In this document: positions 25,974-32,000 of the stretch, piece after piece
How the letters are laid out: the number at the start of each line of letters is the position of its first letter
Position numbering within the stretch: position 1 is the first letter of the stretch
From: Desulfobulbus propionicus DSM 2032
GTDB lineage: Bacteria; Desulfobacterota; Desulfobulbia; Desulfobulbales; Desulfobulbaceae
Direction: 5' to 3'
NCBI RefSeq assembly: GCF_000186885.1
Contig: NC_014972.1
Location: 2,490,001 to 2,522,000, forward strand
DNA length: 32,000 bases
Position numbers and translations under genes: made by a program
The notes under the pieces: model-generated
What the model saw: only the letters and a program-made list of their open reading frames with translations
The model's database searches: none
Told to the model about the DNA's origin: nothing

Positions 25974-28379
25974 ATGAATAAAAATCTTTCCCGGGAACAC
26001 CCTGTGTTCCAGAACACATTGGCGGTATTCTCCCTTGACCGCGACTGCCGGATCATCGGGTTGAATAAAAATGCAGAACTGCTCACCGGTCGGCCCTTAG
26101 GCGAATTGTTTGGCAAATCAATGGATGAGCTCCTGCTGTTCAAAGGACAAACCGTCAATTTGGCCGAACTCTTCTCCCAGGCGGATTGGGAACAATCGCT
26201 TTCCCGCCAGTCCCTCTTGCTGCAGACTGACCAGGAAATCCGTCCCATCGACGTCCTGGCCACGGTGACCCCATTATGGGATCGCCACCGCGCGCTCTGC
26301 GGCGCGCTTGTCACCCTGGACAGCACCAATGAATCGCTCTATCACCAACTGCTTCTGGACAGCGTCTCCGAAGGCGTGCTAACCGTCAACCGCGACATGG
26401 AAATCATCTCGTTCAACCGCGCAGCGGAAGCGATCACCGGTTGGAAGACCGAGGAAATTCTCGGCAAGAACTGTCAGGATGTCTTTCCGGAAGAACTGTG
26501 CGAAAACGGCTGTCTGATTCGCTCCTCGATCGAGCGGGAGCAGTCGTTTGCGGCCCAGACCGTATTCATGACCCATAAGGACGGTCGGTTTTTCCCCCTG
26601 TCGCTAACCTCCTCGCCGCTCTACGATCTCAACGGCAAGGTCATCGGCGGAGTACAGACCTTTCATGATTGCTCCGACAGCCTCAACAATGCCTTGATCC
26701 TGGCTTCGGTGGCCGACGGCGTGTTCACCATCGACCGCAACCGGACCATCACCTCCTTCAATCGAGCGGCGGAATCGATCACCGGCTGGAAACAGGAAGA
26801 GGTGATCGGTAAACCCTGCAACGAAATTTTCCATTCCAGCGTCTGCGGCAGCGACTGCATGCTGATGAAGGCTATCGACCGCAACAACATGTACATCGAC
26901 CGGTCCATCTTCATCAAGGGCAAGGCGGGCAATTCCATCCCGGTGACCATCAGCTCGGCGCCGTTGTTCGACGATTTCGGCAATATCATCGGCGGCATCG
27001 AAACGTTCCGCGACAACACCTCCTCCATCCGTGAAAGCCTGATCCTTGATTCCATAGCCGATGGCGTGTTCACCGTGGACCGCAACTGGAACATCACCTC
27101 GTTCAACAGGGCCGCCGAGGAGATCACCGGCTGGTCACGGGAGGATGCCATGGGCATGTCCTGCTCAGACATCTTCCACTCGTCGATCTGCGGCAAAAAC
27201 TGCGCCATCGCCGAAAGCCTCTACAGCGGCAAACCGGTGGCCAACCGCTCGATCACCATCCGCAACAGTCAGGGGGAAAAGGTGCCGATCAGTATCAGCG
27301 CCGCCCCGCTCACCGATCATGAAGGCAACATTATCGGCGGGGTGGAGACCTTCCGCGATCTGACCGCGATCACCAGCCTGCGCCAGCAATTGAGCCAGAA
27401 ATATACCTTTGACGCGATCATCTCCAAGTCAGCCGCCATGCAGCGGCTGTTCAACATTCTTCCGGAAATCGCCCGCAGCCCCAGCACCGTGCTCATTCTC
27501 GGGGAATCCGGCACCGGCAAGGAATTGGTCGCCAGGGCGCTCTACAATGCTAGCGAACGCAAGGACAAGCCCTTTGTGGTGGTCAACTGCGCGGCCCTGC
27601 CGGAAACTCTGCTTGAATCCGAACTGTTCGGTTACAAGGCCGGCGCCTTCACCGATGCCCGCAAGGACAAGATCGGCCGTTTTGCCGCCGCCGAGGGCGG
27701 CACACTGTTCCTCGACGAGATCGGCGACATTCCCGGCGCCGTTCAGGTCAAACTGCTGCGCGTTCTCCAGGAAAAGGTCTACGAGCCGCTGGGCTCCAAC
27801 ACGCCGGTCAAGGCCGATGTGCGCATCATCACCGCCACCAACCGCAACCTCCAGGCCCTGGTCAAGGAAGGAGCTTTCCGCGACGACCTCTTCTACCGCC
27901 TCAATGTGGTCAAAATCAACCTGCCGCCGTTGCGTGAACGCAAGGAGGACATCCCGTTGTTGATCGATCACTTCATTAAAAAATACAGTGCCCAACAGGG
28001 TAAGGACATCGTCGGTATATCCAGCGGCGCCTTGGCCATCCTCATGCGCTACGACTATCCCGGCAACATCCGTGAATTGGAAAATATTGTCGAATATTCC
28101 TTTATCCTCTGCGAAGGCGGCTATATCCAACCCCAACATCTGCCCGAACCCTTTGCCGCCGGTTTCGAGCAACCCGCCTCCCGCGCCGTGCAGGATGACG
28201 GGCCGCAGACGCTTGAGGAGATCGAAAAACAGGCGATCATTCTCAGTCTGGAGCGCAACCGTTGGCGCAAGATGGCCACCTGCCGGGAACTGGCGATCTC
28301 CAAGGACACTCTGCGCCGCAAGATCGAACGCTATGGTATCCACAATCCGCTGACGGGCGAAGCCGAACAGGAAGAATAA
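25974..28379 (+). CDS. sigma-54-dependent transcriptional activator (bEBP) with four N-terminal PAS domains, an AAA+ sigma-54 interaction domain and a Fis-type HTH
   Basis: 801 aa. Walker A is GESGTGKE, the GAFTGA loop reads GAFTDA, and Walker B is LFLDEIG. RVIAATN-like (RIITATN) and FRDDLFYRLNV are present. The C-terminal HTH is ATCRELAISKDTLRRKIERYGI. Confidence 0.92.
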   Translation: MNKNLSREHPVFQNTLAVFSLDRDCRIIGLNKNAELLTGRPLGELFGKSMDELLLFKGQTVNLAELFSQADWEQSLSRQSLLLQTDQEIRPIDVLATVTPLWDRHRALCGALVTLDSTNESLYHQLLLDSVSEGVLTVNRDMEIISFNRAAEAITGWKTEEILGKNCQDVFPEELCENGCLIRSSIEREQSFAAQTVFMTHKDGRFFPLSLTSSPLYDLNGKVIGGVQTFHDCSDSLNNALILASVADGVFTIDRNRTITSFNRAAESITGWKQEEVIGKPCNEIFHSSVCGSDCMLMKAIDRNNMYIDRSIFIKGKAGNSIPVTISSAPLFDDFGNIIGGIETFRDNTSSIRESLILDSIADGVFTVDRNWNITSFNRAAEEITGWSREDAMGMSCSDIFHSSICGKNCAIAESLYSGKPVANRSITIRNSQGEKVPISISAAPLTDHEGNIIGGVETFRDLTAITSLRQQLSQKYTFDAIISKSAAMQRLFNILPEIARSPSTVLILGESGTGKELVARALYNASERKDKPFVVVNCAALPETLLESELFGYKAGAFTDARKDKIGRFAAAEGGTLFLDEIGDIPGAVQVKLLRVLQEKVYEPLGSNTPVKADVRIITATNRNLQALVKEGAFRDDLFYRLNVVKINLPPLRERKEDIPLLIDHFIKKYSAQQGKDIVGISSGALAILMRYDYPGNIRELENIVEYSFILCEGGYIQPQHLPEPFAAGFEQPASRAVQDDGPQTLEEIEKQAIILSLERNRWRKMATCRELAISKDTLRRKIERYGIHNPLTGEAEQEE
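26337..27362 (+). repeat. three tandem ~345-nt (115-aa) PAS-domain-coding repeats inside the bEBP gene
   Basis: DSVSEGVLTVNRDMEIISFNRAAEAITGW (aa 129), ASVADGVFTIDRNRTITSFNRAAESITGW (aa 244) and DSIADGVFTVDRNWNITSFNRAAEEITGW (aa 359) recur at an exact 115-aa period. Each ends in (V/I)IGG(V/I)(Q/E)TF(H/R)D. Confidence 0.8.
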
Positions 28380-28401
28380 ATCCGGCACGTTCATCCGGCA
28401 C

Positions 28402-28444
28402 AAAAAAAGCGTTCCGAACTTTGCTCGGAACGCTTTTTCGTTTT
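28402..28444. terminator. bidirectional rho-independent terminator (bEBP on +, MerR-like copy 2 on -)
   Basis: An A7 run precedes AGCGTTCCGA (28408-28417), a loop ACTTTGC, and TCGGAACGCT (28425-28434), followed by TTTTCGTTTT. The hairpin is flanked by U-tracts when read on either strand. Confidence 0.8.
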
Positions 28445-28572
28445 CCTCATCGTCTCAACCGTGCACCACCGACTGTTGGTCGAACGGTACTCCTGAGCCA
28501 ACTCGACACGGCCTTAGGCACACGATCTTTGCCGGTTGCCGGGGATCGAGGAACAACCGATTCGAAAATCGA

Positions 28573-29016
28573 TCAACCGGACGATTGGTGCTTTTTTTTT
28601 TGCCCGGGTTCGCCCCGACTCTGCCGATCCTTTTCCTTGGCCTCCAGCCGGGCGGCCGCATCACCTACCGGATGCAGCGTCCGCGGCACGGCCCGATCGA
28701 CCTTGGCCGTGCACTGTTGCTGGATTTCTGCTGGACATCCAGCCACTTCCCAGCAGGGAACCAAATCGAGCAGCTTTTTCAGCCCCGGAATACTGATCCC
28801 CTCTTCATGGATAAAGGTGCGCAGACAGGTTATCCATTGAATATCATCGGCGGAAAACATCCGCCGGTTGCCGACAAGGGTCGGCTTGATCAATCCTTCC
28901 TGTTCATAAATCCGCAACGTCCGCGGATGCACATTCAGCAACTTGGCGGCGACTCCGATCGGATAGATAGGCACATCGGACCGTATCGCCTGTATTTCCG
29001 TTTTCTTTCTTGCCAT
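28573..29016 (-). CDS. MerR/HspR-type HTH regulator with a conserved four-Cys cluster (copy 2)
   Basis: 147 aa with the RBS GGAGG 6 nt upstream. The core is IYPIGVAAKLLNVHPRTLRIYEQEGLI...DDIQWITCLRTFIHEEGISIPGLKKLL..PCWEVAGCPAEIQQQCTA. The Cys are at 64/88/94/102, the same C-x23-C-x5-C-x7-C spacing as copy 1. Confidence 0.8.
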   Translation of the reverse strand: MARKKTEIQAIRSDVPIYPIGVAAKLLNVHPRTLRIYEQEGLIKPTLVGNRRMFSADDIQWITCLRTFIHEEGISIPGLKKLLDLVPCWEVAGCPAEIQQQCTAKVDRAVPRTLHPVGDAAARLEAKEKDRQSRGEPGQKKKHQSSG

Positions 29017-29047
29017 GCCGGCCTCCTCTGTCAGTGCGGGGCGCCGG

Positions 29048-29084
29048 GACGGAGCGGCAAGCTGTCAGCGCCTGCCGCTCCGTC
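29048..29084 (-). other. 12-bp perfect GC-rich hairpin between NrfD-like copy 2 and MerR-like copy 2
   Basis: GACGGAGCGGCA (29048-29059) pairs with TGCCGCTCCGTC (29073-29084) around a 13-nt loop. No U-tract follows on the minus strand. It is flanked by a direct CTGTCAG repeat. Confidence 0.5.
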
Positions 29085-29101
29085 GTTCGACACACAATCC
29101 A

Positions 29102-30295
29102 TCAGTGCTCTTCGGACAGATGACCGCGGAACAGCCGTTCGCCCATCATGAAGAGGATTCCGCAGAAGGTAAAGCCGGACAGGGTCACCATCCACTCGTG
29201 CAAGGTCGGCGCATAGGGCAAAATATGCGGCAGATCAACAATATTGAATTGATGAAACCCGGGAATGATTTGCCCAACGATCACCAGATCGTAGCGCATG
29301 ACGAAGATGCCGATGATGCTGGCCAGCGAGCCGAGCGCCATGGCCGTCAGGTTCTTGGCCCGAACCGCAAGGATGATCAGGAAGGGGATGACCAGCCCCA
29401 GAGCAACCTCGCCATACCAGAAATTCTTGGCAAAGGGACCGTTGATCAGGGCCATGATCGCCTCGTATTTTCCCGGCGGATGACCGGAGATACCGGAGAT
29501 CAATTTCCAGGTGGTGAAGAACATGATGATGAGGTACAGCAACGCTCCCAGTTTGGCCACAGAACGCAGGGACTCCTGCAGCTGCTCGCTCATCTTCCAG
29601 CCGTTGATCTTATACCCCAGCCAATGAAAGAAAATCACCGTGGCGCACCCGGACATCATGGCCGAGGTGATGAAGTAGATCGGCATATAGGGGCCATGCC
29701 AGAACTCACGGCCATTCAGGAGTCCAAATACCGCCCCGAGATTGGAATGAGCGGCAACACCCGAAATAACGCCCAATAGACCGCACATGCCGGCAATCTT
29801 ATGCCTGCCGGCCTGCAACAGGGCAAACTCGATCAGCATGAAGAACAGGTAGGCGCCGTACAACGTGCCCATCCACCAAATGTTGGAACTGAGATTCGGG
29901 GAGATGATGTTGTAGATAGCCATGCGCCAGGGATTTTCAATCTCAAAGGCGATGACCAGAAAACCCGCCACAATGGTGGCAATGGCCAGATAGACCGAAC
30001 GTTTGGCAATGGGCTTGAAGGCCTCGAAGCCGAACACATGGCCAATGGACGAAACCAGACACAGCCCTGTCGAGGTCACGACAAAAAAGACGTAAGCGCC
30101 CAGCATCAGCCCCCATGGGACTTCGCGGGTGACACCATACACATGTTCATGGCCGGCAAACATGGCGTGCACGCCAAAGGCGATTCCCACCAGGGTGAAC
30201 AGACCCAACAGACCGATCACGCCGTTGTACACGCTGGACCGGCTCCCTTCAAGCCCCCCTTCCTGGGGCAGAACCTTGGTTAATATATTTTCCAT
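29102..30295 (-). CDS. NrfD/PsrC-family polytopic membrane protein, copy 2
   Basis: 397 aa with the RBS AAAGGAGAAGG. It shares long blocks with copy 1: REVPWGLMLGAYVFFVVTSTGLC, EIENPWRMAIYNIISPNLSSNIWWMGTLYG and MVVGGQI/LVIVGQI. No FeS or cytochrome gene is adjacent. Confidence 0.85.
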   Translation of the reverse strand: MENILTKVLPQEGGLEGSRSSVYNGVIGLLGLFTLVGIAFGVHAMFAGHEHVYGVTREVPWGLMLGAYVFFVVTSTGLCLVSSIGHVFGFEAFKPIAKRSVYLAIATIVAGFLVIAFEIENPWRMAIYNIISPNLSSNIWWMGTLYGAYLFFMLIEFALLQAGRHKIAGMCGLLGVISGVAAHSNLGAVFGLLNGREFWHGPYMPIYFITSAMMSGCATVIFFHWLGYKINGWKMSEQLQESLRSVAKLGALLYLIIMFFTTWKLISGISGHPPGKYEAIMALINGPFAKNFWYGEVALGLVIPFLIILAVRAKNLTAMALGSLASIIGIFVMRYDLVIVGQIIPGFHQFNIVDLPHILPYAPTLHEWMVTLSGFTFCGILFMMGERLFRGHLSEEH

Positions 30296-30391
30296 GGCAC
30301 CTTCTCCTTTACGGAATCAACGACCCCAATCGTCGTTATTCCGGCTGATTAATAACCGTTGAATCAAACCACATCGGGACGAACAATTTGG

Positions 30392-30508
30392 TCAGGGCAA
30401 ATCGCTTTCTTCTCGCAAAGACTGAAGAACCGGCTTGATTCTCAGATCAAACAGCGTATGGAGAACAGCACCACCCAACCAGATAACGAAAAAAATAAGA
30501 GCTTCCAT
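30392..30508 (-). CDS. candidate 38-aa single-TM peptide upstream of NrfD-like copy 2 (too short for the ORF track)
   Basis: Hand translation gives MEALIFFVIWLGGAVLHTLFDLRIKPVLQSLREESDLP. A strong RBS, AAGGAG, lies 6 nt before the ATG at 30508. Position and architecture (TM then acidic tail SLREES) match the 77-aa ORF of copy 1 (tail SLASEEN). Confidence 0.4.
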   Translation of the reverse strand: MEALIFFVIWLGGAVLHTLFDLRIKPVLQSLREESDLP

Positions 30509-31332
30509 TTGCTTCTCCTTGTTCCGGATCTCCGGACAGTTGTTGTGCACCAGGATTTATTGGCGGATAAACACCCGGTTGATTGTCTTTTGCGCGGCAC
30601 CTCCTTGCGATGCGACCCGGCACCATTCTGCGGCTGCCGGATCTGGTCCTCGAATATTTCCTTGCTGCTTTTTTATCCAGCGGCGAATACGCTGTCAAGA
30701 AAAACAACGGTCGATTGTTAAAAAATATGTAAATAAATAGATCAATATTCGCCCGATAAAAAGATTTCAACTTGCATGCGAAATAAATATTTTCGATATT
30801 ATCCACCGCAATTATTTGTATATATTTATTTTTAGGCATTTTTATTCAATAATTAATCAAGACACCACTACCCTTTCCCCGAAATAGCAATCCAACTCGC
30901 GGTTCTCATTATGCGTCTAAAAAATAACATTATGATCAAAATGCGCCCACACTGTTCACCCTCTCCGCAACCGCAGGTTCCCGGTATCCCTCAGAACCGG
31001 ACCAAAGGGGCAGAATATCGACCTGATAGAAAAGAACACCCGAGCAGCAGGTAATGCTTGACTATGGAACAAATACTGCAAATGATATTTTTAGCTACTC
31101 GCCTTCATCCAGATGACGAGCGAGCTTCCTTTTTCCCCTTCAAGGTGGCGGCCTTGGAGGGGATTTCTTTTCCCCTCCCCTTCCTCCGGCTTTACCTTTA
31201 CCGCGATTTATGGTAGCCCTGATCAGACATGCCGCTTGCTTGGGCGGCCGTGGCCTTGGGCCTCCCGCCCGCGCCATCGTCAACTTTGGGCGCATTTTTT
31301 CCATCGTCTTGTTCATTCCCCAGGAGCCTTGC

Positions 31333-32000
31333 GTGCAAAAATTCTACAAGAATCTTTCCATCTGGCTGATCATCGCTCTTTCCGCCCTGCTGCTGTTGCA
31401 TTACTGCAAGAAATCACCGGATCGCCACCATACCGTTGCCTATACCGAATTCCTGAAAAAGGCGGACAGCGGCGTACTCTCCACGGTCACCATGATCGAC
31501 CAAACCATACTTTGGGAAACCGCGGACGGTGAGCGTTTCAAAACGGTTGTGCCGCAAGCCCAGGCCACCGTTGACCACCTGCTGCGCAAAAACGTCACGA
31601 TCCGCGCTGAAATCCCGCCCCAGACCCCGTGGTTTGTGCAAACGCTCCTATCCTGGCTGCCCATTTTACTTTTTGCTGTTCTCTGGTTCTTTTATTTCCA
31701 AAAAGGAGGCAGCCAAGGGGGAAGTGGTTCCGGCAGGGCCATGGCATTTGGCAAAAGCAGGGCCCGCCTGATCAACCCAGAGGAATCGAAAGTCAAACTT
31801 GCCGACGTGGCTGGCATCGACGAAGCGAAGGAAGAAGTAGAGGAAATCGTTGATTTTTTAAAAAATCCCGGCAAATTCGTTGCAGCTGGCGCCCGAATTC
31901 CCACCGGCGTGCTCCTCTACGGAGAACCGGGAACCGGTAAAACCCTGCTGGCCAAGGCCATTGCCGGTGAAGCAGGCGTGCCTTTTTTCTCCATCAGCGG
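31333..32000 (+). CDS. ftsH: ATP-dependent zinc metalloprotease FtsH, N-terminal ~222 aa (continues beyond the window)
   Basis: Absent from the ORF track because it has no stop in the window. The start is GTG at 31333, preceded by AGGAG with 6-nt spacing. Translation gives (M)[21 protein letters not shown]... (TM1), then [23 protein letters not shown] (TM2), then [13 protein letters not shown]...[29 protein letters not shown]...[32 protein letters not shown]. Confidence 0.93.
   Translation, partial: MQKFYKNLSIWLIIALSALLLLHYCKKSPDRHHTVAYTEFLKKADSGVLSTVTMIDQTILWETADGERFKTVVPQAQATVDHLLRKNVTIRAEIPPQTPWFVQTLLSWLPILLFAVLWFFYFQKGGSQGGSGSGRAMAFGKSRARLINPEESKVKLADVAGIDEAKEEVEEIVDFLKNPGKFVAAGARIPTGVLLYGEPGTGKTLLAKAIAGEAGVPFFSIS

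Noticed and set aside
28592-28601. A T10 (A10 on the coding strand) homopolymer inside the 3' end of MerR-like copy 2
   Set aside because: It could slip during replication. A frameshift would change only the last ~7 residues of a non-conserved basic tail, so it is unlikely to be a meaningful phase-variation switch.
30563-30579. GG-N10-GC on the minus strand at exactly the same distance (55 nt) from the small-ORF ATG as the module 1 sigma-54 promoter
   Set aside because: Only the invariant dinucleotides match (CCGGGTGTTTATCCGCC versus TGGCAC-N5-TTGC). That is too weak to call a promoter. It is recorded as a coincidence worth testing, not as a feature.
30594-30632. Two plus-strand CGGCACC-N4-TGCG elements, 24 bp apart, that resemble sigma-54 -24/-12 boxes
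   Set aside because: GG and GC are separated by 9 nt instead of the required 10. The elements also point away from module 2, towards a region with no gene for ~700 bp.
30447-30839. A 130-aa ORF (-), together with ORFs 30359..30721 (+) and 30435..30740 (+), upstream of NrfD-like copy 2
   Set aside because: None has an RBS. All have AT-driven or Arg-rich nonsense composition and overlap one another. The 38-aa ORF with a strong RBS is the better-supported coding element here.
31040-31090. An HspR-type HAIR operator (CTTGAGT-N7-ACTCAAG) near CTTGACTATGGAAC upstream of ftsH, considered because the MerR-like proteins resemble HspR
   Set aside because: Only the left half-site is similar, and the right half (AAATACT) does not match. 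No HAIR-like dyad was found elsewhere in the window.
31113-31532. A 139-aa ORF (+) overlapping the ftsH start
   Set aside because: It is in a different frame from the clearly recognisable FtsH N-terminus. Its product is Pro/Arg/Ser-rich with no family resemblance.

Overview
The window reads as a chromosomal segment from an anaerobic Desulfobacterota (deltaproteobacterium-like) genome. This assignment is an inference from gene content: a c7-type multihaem cytochrome, NrfC/NrfD-type modules, a sigma-54 enhancer-binding protein and a PxxKW protein. I saw no rRNA, tRNA, CRISPR array, transposase or integrase.

Positions 1-21.4 kb are mostly housekeeping. They contain pheA (partial, runs off the left edge), a large MrfA/Lhr-type DEAH helicase carrying a fused C-terminal DEDD exonuclease, and an SH3b protein with tlyA. 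Next is a Tol cluster, tolQ-tolR-tolA-tolB-cpoB, with no pal gene. After that come an atypical thioredoxin-reductase-like flavoprotein, darP/yjgA, coaBC and a lipoprotein. The rest of this part holds tatD-yggS-ugd, a PxxKW Cys-rich protein, an orphan pilC, eno, ihfA and a divergent ParB-like protein.

Positions 21.5-30.5 kb are the unusual part, a redox locus. It holds a Tat-exported 4x[4Fe-4S] NrfC-like protein plus a hexahaem c7-type cytochrome, and a sigma-54 activator with three tandem Cys-triad PAS domains. It also holds two paralogous copies of a three-gene module. Each module consists of a small TM peptide, a partner-less NrfD-like membrane protein, and a MerR/HspR-type regulator with a conserved C-x23-C-x5-C-x7-C cluster. 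Copy 1 has a good sigma-54 promoter, upstream repeats and its own terminator. Both copies sit behind long AT-rich leader regions that share a motif.

The window ends with the 5' part of ftsH. pheA, ftsH and a 38-aa ORF are absent from the supplied ORF track and were translated by hand.
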